A stretch of 64,000 nt of DNA from Takakia lepidozioides (Eukaryota; Plantae; Bryophyta): the NCBI GenBank assembly GCA_030704615.1, contig CM060734.1, positions 51,522,001-51,586,000 on the forward strand, in the 5' to 3' direction. The notes under the pieces are model-generated. The model was not told the DNA's origin. It saw nothing but the letters and a program-made list of their open reading frames with translations, and did not search any database. The translations under genes and the position numbers were made by a program. This document shows, piece by piece, positions 26,151 to 37,021 of this stretch (its first letter is position 1; every line of letters starts with the position of its first letter).

Positions 26151-26559
26151 TTGGCAACGTACGCATTCTTATCTCTGTTTTTATCCCAATCCTCGCTTGT
26201 TAGATTCTACAGCTGTTCATCGCGTAGCACTTGGCTACATGATGTCTATTGTTTCTGGTTTACTCAATAAGAAGAGTGGGATAGAAATGTCAAGTGAGTT
26301 TTTCATGGTACGTGTCATGGTTGGGTGGACAGGAAGAGGCCAAGGAAGAGGCAGCAGCAGAGCTGACACATTTGGTAAGGCAACCGTGTCCATCCTGAGT
26401 ATGAATGATGCTGCACCCTCGGAAATACAAGATGCTTCAAGTAAGTTCAAAGAGCTTTCTTCTCTTTCTGGTGTGCTGGATATGTATGCGGAGGACAACT
26501 AATATCACCTTAGGTGCCAAGGCAGAAACAAACAACCAAACCCTATTTCATTTCATTTC

Positions 26560-28282
26560 TTTCTCTCTCTCTCTCTCTCGTGTTTCTCCCTGTCCTCTAG
26601 GAAGCCTATTGACATTGGGTGGACTTGAAACGGGAGTACATTAATGTCTCTGTCACTAAATGCCGGCCTTCTCACCTCGTGTCCTTGTTTGTTTCGACCT
26701 TAAGCGTTTTGCTTCAGGTAAGGTAGTGCATTGGATTTAGTTGGAAAGCTTGGGGCCTTTCCCTCTTTAGAATATGCCTACACGGGCCATTCCCTGCAAC
26801 TCCCTGGAGTGTGATCTCTGAATGGTAACAAGCGGACTCCTACCGCTTGGGGGCAGCTCCTCCGCCCAAATTGGGCAGTCGTATGCTCTGTCTAGCATAC
26901 TCGGCACTTGGGCTCGGGTTGGTTCCTGTGCTTAAACTTATGGCCTGCGAAAACAATCAAAAATTTAGCTCCTATCAACATCAACACTCCTCAGGGTGAT
27001 CCCTGGGAATTGGTTACTTATGCCAAATCTAGGGCTTCATGTGTAGTTTTTGGGGTGAATCCCAAGATGGACGATGTGTCCTTTAAAACTACATGCTCTA
27101 CCTTAGGCTTGGATTTCATGGTTAATGGTACCATCTCGAGACTTGATAACAGGGGTACGTTGAAGGTTGCAATGACCAAAAGTGCTTCTAATAGAGTCCC
27201 GCATCAATTCAATCTCAAATAAGTTCGTCCGTGATTTCTTGTTTGACAATTGTGAAATTATCAACAAGGGTTTGAGGTACGAGCATAGTATCTGGCTAAA
27301 ACTGAATTTGAAGGGCGGCATGAGTACTCTGCTGGACCTCTTTGTCCGTTGTGTTTACATGCCCACAGAGGGGACCCTGTGTGCTGACGCAGACAAGGCC
27401 TCACAAGTTTTGAAGCTGGACTGTGCTTCGTTCCTTGCCAAAGGTCAGGTGGTACTATTGGGGGACTTCAATGCCTGGGTGGGCAAAGGGATCCATCAGG
27501 ACGATATCATTGGACCTTTTGGTGAGGACGAGCTGAATTCTAATGGCAGACGGTTAATTAACTGTCTAGAAGAGCTTCAGCTTTTGACCTTGAATAACAG
27601 GACAAGAGGTGACCAAGTGCAGTGGACTCGTGAGAAACCCCAAACTGGGGAACGTTCCATTGTGGACTATATCATAATGGACAAAATTTTGTTCCCCCAG
27701 TGTGCCGATGTGTTGATCGACAGAACTGATATTGGTACCTCTGACCACTTGCTGGTTTGGACTGACATCAAAAGGTGTTTTCCCACCACCAAGAGATCTG
27801 TGAAACGTTCGATTCGGAAGTGGCGCATAGAAAAATTCCACAATGAGGAGGTTAAGGCTGAGTACGTCCAGGCCTTGCAAGAGGCTCTCCCTCATTTTGT
27901 CCAATCGCTCCAAGAACTTCAGTCACGCTCTGTTAACGCAATAAATAAAGTCGAAAGAGCAATGGACTCTTGGGAGAATTTCGTTTCCTCCGTGGCTGAC
28001 AAGATCATTGGGAGGAAACTAATTGTATGCGGTAGAGCAGTTAGTTGGTGGACTAATGAGATTAAACTCAAGATAGCTGAGAGAGGAGCCCTCTATAAAC
28101 AGTGCTGCAATTTGGAAACCAACAGAGAATTGTGGGCGAGGTACTGCCAGCTCCGTAAAGATATCAATCAGCTTGTTAGGTCTCAGAAAAAATTATACTG
28201 GGACAAGTTATACAGTGAAATAAACTCAAACCACCATGGTGGTAATGACAAGAAATTATGCTTGGCCCTTCAACGTTTGTAG
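26560..28282 (+). mobile_element. 3'-truncated RTE/RTEX-like LINE (5' region plus apurinic endonuclease domain) nested in the TIR element
   Basis: ORF 27182-28282 has EEP endonuclease motifs VVLLGDFNAWVG, SIVDYII and TSDHLLVW, followed by the WW linker. No RT domain follows. It begins after a (CT)n run. Confidence 0.85.
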
Positions 28283-29289
28283 TCACGCTCTGTAGAGGTA
28301 TTGAGCACAAGGGGAAGCAATATAACTTGGCATAGGGGCTGATATGGACTTGACATTGATCTTCCATGTGCACACCTCTCTCCATGTGCTGCTCATCCAC
28401 CACTCTACCCACTGCCTGCGTATCGCTGGTTTGACTAAGTGACTGGTCACTAGATCACCAGTCACACCTTCATAGGAGTGGGCATGTGGCTTGCAAGTGT
28501 TGGGCTGCCAATAACAAACCCACTACAACGTTGCACTACAACCATAATCTCATCACTATTGCAGAACTCAGCATTCATGCTCTCGATTCCCACTCCAGCC
28601 TTTCAAATTCCTCAATTTCCATTCAGCATCCCATGAACCCCACATGCAGCCCGAGTGTTATTACAAGCACGTTATGTGCTTTGGTAAATACTGTTGTTGG
28701 AATGAGGCAAAGCCCTCAAACCTTGGCCAAATGTTTATGCAAACCTCCTTAAACTGCTTGTGAGCTAAATGGGTTTGATGTGCATGCCAGGGCTAGCTCC
28801 ATCTCATTTTTTGGGGGACCCTTTGGGAGACAGATGGCTTACTCAGAAGTGCTTCAGCTTCCTCTGATTCACTGGCAAAAGAAATATGGCTAGCTCTGAA
28901 AGAAACAGACAATTTCAAACCTCACAATTGATGAATGGCTTCCCCTGCATCATCATGTACTCCCCTGGCACTAGTATCTGGCCCCCATGACACAACCCCA
29001 GAGAAAACAAAAGACATGTTCATTTCGAGAATTATCTCCAATAATCTTGTTTCGATACCCTTACAAAGGTATCATGTTGCAATTGGGCTGTGTGTTCGAT
29101 AGAGAGTTTAATATATCAACTCTTAGACGTTGATACTCTTACAGTGGTATCATGTTTGGTATATGTACATAGCCATATATTGGCACTATAAGGGCTTGGC
29201 AGTATGAAATTGGTTAGTGTCTCAAGGTGCAGATGAAACATGCTAACATATTTAGATTGTAAGCAACACCCACCAGTCAAACTCATCCT

Positions 29290-29435
29290 CAGAAGAGATT
29301 GATACACAAAAATTTCTCAGGGTCGTTGGTGCGCAGGCTTTTGTCAAGGGCTTGATATCATCATCGGTCAACTCAAAGTCAAAGACATCAAGGTTCTACT
29401 TCAATCTCTCCATCTTGTCTGACTTAGGATTTTTA
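29290..29435 (-). pseudogene. Captured last exon of an aldo-keto reductase (M6PR/S6PDH/xylose reductase-like)
   Basis: The minus strand reads NPKSDKMERLK*NLDVFDFELTDDDIK, then after a frameshift LDKSLRTNDPEKFLCINLF*. This parallels the AKR C-terminus IPKS....RLKEN..VFDF.L...D......D...R.N.P..F. Confidence 0.7.
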
Positions 29436-30233
29436 TTACTGTATGCAAAATTCTTAGATTATAATAGAGGGTTCTTAAAAATGAGGCAAGTTGGTCATCA
29501 TTGTCTCATATGTGGGGCAGACAAAGATTGTTGGAGATAAAAGGCGGCCTCATGAGCCTCACGCTGTGCACTTCCCAATGAAACCCAACAATTTCACAAC
29601 CCTCCAAAGATCGTACAACCCAGGCCCTGCCCCCAAGTAATATGGTTTGATGTTTAGGGTGTATGGTTCAATATGGACAATGGATATGATGATGACATTT
29701 ATTTAACAGAAATCCTCAAAGTACGTGACATAAAATAATTATCTTTGAATGTGATTGTCCCACTTATTCAGTTAATCACAATTACATACAAGAGCTTGTG
29801 TAATTAAAAGTTGGAGAGCTTCCCTACTTAACACGGTATTACCAATGAGGTCCAATTGATCAAAATATCTATGTTCATGCGTTGCCAAACCACAATACCG
29901 AGACATGTAGTAGTGGAGATGAAAACAAGAGATCGAATCCTTCCCAACCTTTCCAATTTCATAAGCTTGTGCACGGACACGAACCATGTCAGGAATGAGT
30001 TCAGCTCATTTGGTAGGAAGGTCATGCAAACCACCTGCACATCGCCACCTTTGATTCCCACGAGGCCCCAAGTCTTGGTTACCAATGTGTCGGGGGTCTT
30101 CCCTGAATCGTGGGTCATCAATAAGGTGGCTGGTCCATCTACATGATCAAACACATCACCACATTAGAATAACATTCCAATGTAAATTGTAGCTTAACAA
30201 TGAAAGTACAAACAAGAGAAAACCATGAGCTTA

Positions 30234-31509
30234 CCCATGCAAACGTTCATACTCACGAAAGAAACGAGCAGGAACATGTGATCGACGAGATCGACCGTTT
30301 TCATTAATCGTGCGAACTCGATGTCCATTCCAAATATTCACGTATTCATCAACAGCTTCTTGTAGTATGGGCATATATATGTCAATAAAAGATTCTCGTT
30401 GCCACGGATCGTCCATATCCAATAATCCATCATTGACCATTGCTTGGAAGCAATTTTTGTAGTAGAACATTACCTTCTCCCATAGATGCCACCAAAAGTG
30501 TTCAATCCTCTAACGTGGTGATTACACCACACAAAGTATTAGGAATATGCACAACATTACACACTCAATGATTAATAAAGATGAACCAAGAAATATGACA
30601 GAAACGTAAAGTTGATATGCAAGATAGAATTGTATAGAACACTAACCTGATTGTGTGTAGAAGACCCAGTCAAGTACGGATTGGGTGTTTCAGAACGTGT
30701 GGCTTCAATGTGTTGTTTTATAAGAGAGTGCTCTACTGCAAAATTAGATCGAATTCGTAAAGGTGCTCCAAACTTGGAAACTGCATCGTGATATCATTTG
30801 AAAATGGTTTTTTCTTTCTTGTTTCTTGCAACGTTCGCCCATAAAACAAAATGAGAGGCCCCATCAATGCCAGCATGTACTCGAAGTCCAAACATAACCA
30901 ATTTGTCATAAGCTGCACCACGAATTGCACACATGTTTTAATTTGCCTACAATTTTGTGCGATATGTAATGCAAGAAAACGTCTTGCATGTGCATCTTCA
31001 AAGAACATTAAGATGCATGAGATAAAATACTTACAGTCAATGTGCCATAGAGCCATAGGCATTGTCACATTATACTGAGTCCTCCGAATTGCCTGTGCCC
31101 TTCTCCTACGCTCATAATGGTAGGGTGAGATGATTTTCAAAGCTTCCCCCATCTTCCTTCGAGGAATCTGCCAATTTGACCTCCTTAAGGCAGATTGCAC
31201 TGTTCTCATTCCCCAATTTGTCCCATTCTCTTCAATAGGAAGTAACTCTTGAATCTTTTCACACAAGCGTTGGACACTCAATTGATGATGAACTTTGAAA
31301 GGAGACCCTTGGACTTCTGATAGCAATCTTCTCAATGGTCGTACATCATCAAAAGAAAGGGCAGTGGCGATTGATTTCATTGTGGCACCCTCATTCAACA
31401 TTGCTTCCACATAAAGTACTAAATCATCCACTACTTTATCACCATCCAAATGGTTGTTTTCCATGCTCACATGATCTGTCTTATCTCTGCTTAATAGCCC
31501 CAGTGCCAA
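30234..31509 (-). pseudogene. Spliced IS3/IS481-like DDE integrase (transposase of the TIR element), inactivated
   Basis: Exons ..31035, 30912-30647 and 30509-30234 (GT-AG) give MPMALWHIDSYDKLVMFGLRVHAGIDGASHFVLW...FK*YHDAVSKFGAPLRIRSNFAVE...GSSTHNQRIEHFWWHL...EYVNIWNGHRVR. There is a TGA at 30796-30794, and the second catalytic D is now N. Confidence 0.85.
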
Positions 31510-33924
31510 TGCCTTCGACCTTGCCCTTGTTGTAATTGTTTGCTGTTAATTCTGTAGTCACTGCATCCACTCACACATTCCCCATAGGACTTACGTCACT
31601 AAAGTTCACATAGGCTATCAAGTAGATGAACCAAATGTACTTTGAAACAACAACTACTCTATCCTAAAATGTATTAGCAAACCACAGTACACAATGTGGG
31701 CTGGTTGAAGACAAACCATGTGATCAAGCTCTTTCTTTCAGTGTGTGTATTGAGGAGCGTTTGGTAACCCACTCTACTACCCCTAAAGTTCTCTCCTCAA
31801 AACTCATGAGTCACCTGCACGTACACAAGAACTACAGCTTTAGCTAAAATGATATCTTTATCAATGATTGGGGGAACTCATGCCAATATGGGAATGTGCT
31901 TACTCATGGGCAGATCTTGTCATTTGGTGATCCAAGAAGGCTTCCATCATACATAGCGCCACCACCGCTCCACCACCGCTCAACCCTAAACTTGTTGTTG
32001 CATTCTTCTCTCGTTACTTCTCGTCCTCCAACTGATTTGATCCTTTCACTTTTAGGGCACCTCTGCCCTAAAAACCCTTCATCACTTCATTTCTCTCTCC
32101 CTTTCCCTCGCTCTCGCTCTCTCTCTAGTATATATCTCTCCTTTAGGCTACGCGACTCATGTCGTGACTTAGGCCTTACCACAAGCAAAGGATGGACGGG
32201 CAGCAGGAATAGACGGGCCAGCATGTATATTCAGCTTATACTCTCGTATATATATATGTGTATACGATACATATACATATACATATACATGATAATATAT
32301 TATATACAAAACTGCGTTAAAAATTATAGATTACAATTCAATTGAATTGCAAATTAGGGTTAGTTCAATTGAATTGGCATCGCAATTCAATTGAATTGGT
32401 ATCGCAATTCAATTGAATTGGTATCTGATCAAGTGAATTGGCATCTGATCAAGTGAATTGCGCTGCATTTCACATCAAGGCCTTTTTGGAATTCCCTACC
32501 CACGCCACACTATTTGGTTATTCTCTCATGGCTTCATTGATAACCTAATTGGGATCCGGGTCACTGGCGTTGGAAGGAGACCGGAGCCACAGGGGCTCAA
32601 TATTTTTTTGTCTATATACTGCAAAAATTGGTTATATGCTGCCTTGCTCCACCGGCAACATACCGGTAGCTCAAGGGCCACCCAAATCTTACATTCAATG
32701 GGATTTGATGCCAAAGACCGCTTCCGGACATGGTGCAGAGTTTGGGACAGAGGCAAGGCTAGGAAGGTGTCTATGTTCCTGTGGCTTGCAATGTATGGAG
32801 GGGTCGCTACTGCTGTTTGGTGTTCTAAAATGGGACACTCTCCAGTTTGTTAGGTCTGCTTGCAACATGACGAGACACTACAACATTGTCTCTGGTCTTG
32901 CAAATTTGCTCACCATACATGGAGACACCATGCCCGCTTAGAAATTGGCTATGTTTTGTATTCTATGTGGTTGGCAAAGATCATTGGTACACTGTCAAGC
33001 TATGTATGTACCTGTTACACACAGATTTCTGCCAATGTTTAGGTTATAGGTTGACATGAGTGTGCATTTTGCCAAGCATGAATTGTACGTTCTTCCTCCA
33101 TTGCAATATGCTATTTCATGCTGCCTTCTACTTTACTGAATTGAACATAGAACTCCGAAATATCTTTATTCAGATAGGGACTTAGAATCCACTTAGACTC
33201 AGACGATTCCCACAACAAATGTATAGGGTTACAACTGCAACCTGCCATCAATATCCTACCTTAATGGCATCCGACCAGGACTGAAGGCTGAAGGCCATAC
33301 ACCTATACAGGAATTGCGACCAAACTAGATGCTCTGTCAACACCCATCATCTCCTTGCCTTTCTGTGGTCTAGCCATATGTTTGACAATTTTCCAACAGT
33401 GAGAAATGGCGAATTTTGCTTGTGAGAAAAATCCATCTTTAAGCTCACTGGCTTCTGAATTGCTCTTTAATGCTGTGGAGATGCCATTAGGATGAATATG
33501 AGTACAAAACAAGGTCCGGGCAAAAGAAAAATGCCGCAATTGATACTCGGACTCCCTTACATCCAACCTTGATCCACTTGTCAAGTGCATGTGCATTTCC
33601 AATAGTACACGTTACAATTAGGTGAGCCTTATCACCTCATCATGCTCAACATTGTCACTCGCAAGGAATTGCTGCCTATCTTACCTGAAAATGTTGTCAC
33701 TACACCCTCAGAATGAGCTGTTTACTTCTGATATAGTGCAGTCTGAGTGGATTTTAAAACCTTCCACAATGAGCATGTGTTATTACATTTCAAGAGATTC
33801 ACATCCATGTCAAGTACTTACATCTCCTGTAATCTACTATGAAGATGCACAAATCACACAATACATCATAGTCCCTCTGTGATCATAATAGAACACTTCT
33901 TGCTGTTCGGTTTACTCGAAGAGA

Positions 33925-34138
33925 AATAAAATGAAATGAAATGGTGCTTTATAACGTCCGCGGAAAGCTCATAGAGCTTATGGGACAAAATGGAAGAACA
34001 TGAGAGAGGAACAAATCCAGAAACCACAATTAATGTTGTAGCGATTGTCTAAGGGTGAAGGCCTCGTGCAGGTAGGCTGCCAAGCATTTCTGATCCTCAT
34101 AGTGAAAGACATCAGTGAGAGTGGATCCACTGAATAAA
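33925..34138 (-). mobile_element. Short 3' end of the (ATTTC)n-tailed LINE, inserted in the duplicated TSC10 last exon
   Basis: Interrupts TCGAAGAGA|..|ATGGTGGAGTACC, which is contiguous in the intact gene at 36901-36925. Confidence 0.85.
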
Positions 34139-34284
34139 TGGTGGAGTACCAGCCCTTGAGCACAAAGAAGGCAACAACACGAAACAACCCCATAGACACC
34201 AGCTCCAGCAAAGCCTGTGTGAGCGATGGCTGTGGCGACATGCCAGCTCCATAGCCTAAATGCCACGGCTGGCCGCTGCCGGAG

Positions 34285-37021
34285 CAGGCAACAAACACAC
34301 CTTCCAGGCTTTTTTAAGACTTGGAACAGCCTGGGCGGGACTGTCCCTAAATATAGTTCCTCTAGACAGCCAGAACTGGATCCAAGGGCTCAAGTCCATG
34401 GCTCTGGGATCTGATGGTCAGAATTCAAACAGTCAACTAGGAGATTTGAAAAAAGTGTCACGGTGGTCTCTCTACTCCGTATCGTAAGCGGCCAGAGAGA
34501 ACACCTCGTTTTACTTTACTGTGACCCACGTGTGCGGTGTGCATCCTGAACCCACAGTACAGCTCTTACTGAGTAGTTGGATAAGAGATGCGTATGAGAA
34601 ATGAAATGAAATGAAATGGTGCTTTATAACGTCCGCGGAAAGCTCGTAGAGCATATGGGATAAAATGGAAGAAAACATGAGAGAGGAACAAATCCAGAAA
34701 CCACAATTAATGTTCTAGCGATTGTCTAAGGGTGAAGGCCTCGTGCAGGTAGGCTGCCAAGCATTTCTGATCCTCATAGTGAAAGACATCAGTGAGAGTT
34801 TGGGTTCCACTGAATAAACAGTGAAATCTCCCACGGATCTCGTAGTTTAGAGGGCAGTAGAAGAAGAAGTGTTCTTCAGTTTCAATTTCCTTGCTGCGCC
34901 CTATGCAAGCTGGACATAGGCGGTCCTCCCGTTGCAGGTTTTCCCATCTGCCAGTCTCTATCCGTAGGTTGTGGGAACCCACCCTGAACCGCCCCAATGC
35001 CCTCAAGAGGGAAGGAGATAAGGGTGCTGAAAGGTAATTTGGTCTCAAGATTCTATCATCGCGGAGCACCAAGAATGTCTCTCGATAGAAGTGGAGCTTT
35101 GTCGTGAGAGAAAGAAGCAGAGAATTTTGTTAGGTCCACAGTACAACGGAGTGGAGAGGCTGGAGCCTCGGGGGCTGCGAGCTCTTCCAGTGATGGGCCC
35201 TCTATAAGTATGATGCCTATCGCCTGCTCACTCTGTCCTTCTCTGCCGGTTCTCTGACCTTGAGTCCCATTTCCTTTTTCCGCACCGCTTTAAAGTCTGA
35301 GAGCGGATGCTGCATACTCGCAGATCACTAGTGTGTGAAATTGTGAGAGAAGGTTGCACCGGTGTGAGCGGAAGAGGAACATGTGCACCTCAAGCGAGTC
35401 TACAGAGAAGCCGCCATCAGAAGCGGTGAAGCAAGGTGGGCAGCAGGAGAGCAAGAACGCAGTGCGCACACGGCTGCTGGCCATCTCACAGACAGATCCC
35501 ACTGGGGTGTGCTTGCTGGTGCAGTCACCCAAAGTCGTCCCCAAGGGAGCTGGGCTGGAGGAGAGTGATGACAAGTTCCGCTTCAAGTTGATAGCCATTT
35601 CTCGTGTTCAGACTGCAGGGCTACCACACTAGGATTTGCTTCTTGGGCTGTAGAGAACAATTGAAAGGCTCTTGCTGCTTCTTCATCTTCCTCATCTTCA
35701 ACCTGTGAAGGAAACACTATTTGACTATAAAATAGGGATGTAGGCAGTTTTGCTACTTGCAATTTCTTTGCTTGCTCACCAGACACCCATGGGCAAGTGT
35801 GTGCAACTCTGCAGCATGCCCCCACAAAGAGAGTGAAAGCTTCCAGTGGGAACTACTCTGTGAGCATGGAAGTTGAAACTCCTGACCTCTTTTCAATGAA
35901 AAGGCGAGGGGGTGTGTTTGTATCATTATGATGTTCTCAACCTGTATGAAAGAGATCATTGGTACAATGTCAAGCTATGTATGTACCTGTTCCACACAGA
36001 TTTCTGCCAAGGCTAGGTTAGGTTGACATGAGTGTGCACTTTGCCAGACATGAATTGTTTGTTCTTCCTACAGTGCAATATGCTATTTCATGCTGCCTTC
36101 TACTTGAATGAATTGAACATAGAACTCCGAAACTTGTATCTTTATTCAGATATGAGGGACTTAGAATCCACTTCTCAGACGATTCCCACATAGGGTTACA
36201 ACTGCATCCTGCCATCAATATCCTACCTTAATGGCATCTGACCAGGACTGAAGTCTACATTTGATCTCCAGCTCAAGGCTGAAGGCCATACACTACAGGA
36301 ATTGCTACAAAACTAGATGCTCTGTCAACACCCATCATCTCCTTGCCTTTCTGTGGTCTAGCCATATGTTTGACAATTTTCCAACACGGACAAATTGTTA
36401 GTTTGCTTGGGAGAAAAATCCATCTTTAAGCTCACTGGCTTCTGAATTGCTCTGTAATGCTGTGGAGATGCCATTAGGATGAATATGAGTACAAAACAAG
36501 GTCCAGGCAAACGAAAAATGTCGCAATTGATACTAGGACTCCCTGACATCCAACCAATCCACTTGTCAAGTGCATGTGTGCATTTCCGATAGTACAGGTT
36601 ACAAGGTGTGCCTTATCACCTCATCATGCTCTGCAATTATCCTTGCAAGGAATTGCTGCCTGTCTTATCTGATAATATTGTCACTACACCCTCAGAATGA
36701 GCTGTTTACTTTGCAGTCTGAGTGGATTTTCATTAGCCTAAAATTTTCAACAATGAGCATGTGTGATTACATTTCAAGAGATTCACATCCATGTCAAGTA
36801 CTTACATCTCCTGTAATCTACTATGAAGATGCACAAATCACACAATACATCATAGTCCCTCTGTGATCATAATAGAACACTTACTTGGTGTTCGGTTTAC
36901 TCGAAGAGAGGATGGTGGAGTACCAGCCCTTGAGCACAAAGAAGGCAACAACACGAAACAACCCCATAGACACCAGCTCCAGCAAAGCCTGTGTGAGCGA
37001 TGGCTGTGGTGACATGCCAGC
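34285..37021. repeat. Copy B (native copy) of the TSC10 3'/downstream duplication
   Basis: Aligns to 24147-25365 + 32988-34247. Confidence 0.88.
34598..35104 (-). mobile_element. 5'-truncated RTEX-like LINE 3' end with (ATTTC)n tail
   Basis: ORF 34707-35072 reads RFRVGSHNLRIETGRW...RLCPAC...ETEEHFFFYCP. Short TSD (~TGAGA) by comparison with the empty paralogous site at 24441-24470. Confidence 0.85.

Larger units (their letters stand above)
25549..32498 (-). mobile_element. TIR DNA transposon (IS3EU-like), 6950 bp, with 7-bp TSD CCCACGC
   Basis: TIRs at ~25549-25886 and ~32127-32498 begin TAGGGAATTCCAAA(T/A)AGGCCTTGATGTGAAATGCAGCGCAATTCAC. CCCACGC flanks both ends (25542-25548 and 32499-32505). 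An integrase-fold gene lies inside. Confidence 0.9.
25366..32977 (+). mobile_element. L1-like LINE fragment (25366-25548 + 32499-32977) with 10-bp TSD AGATCATTGG, interrupted by a TIR transposon
   Basis: TSD at 25356-25365 and 32978-32987; single empty site in the paralogous copy at 35953-35962. zf-RVT-like WCRVWDRGKARKVSMFLWL...C*VCLQHDETLQHCLWSC. Confidence 0.8.
24147..34247. repeat. Copy A of a tandem duplication of the TSC10 3' end and downstream DNA (24147-25365 + 32988-34247), split by nested insertions
   Basis: Once the 25366-32987 insertion is removed it aligns to 34285-37021. It includes a copy of the last ~45 codons of TSC10 (33890-33924 and 34138-34247). Confidence 0.88.
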
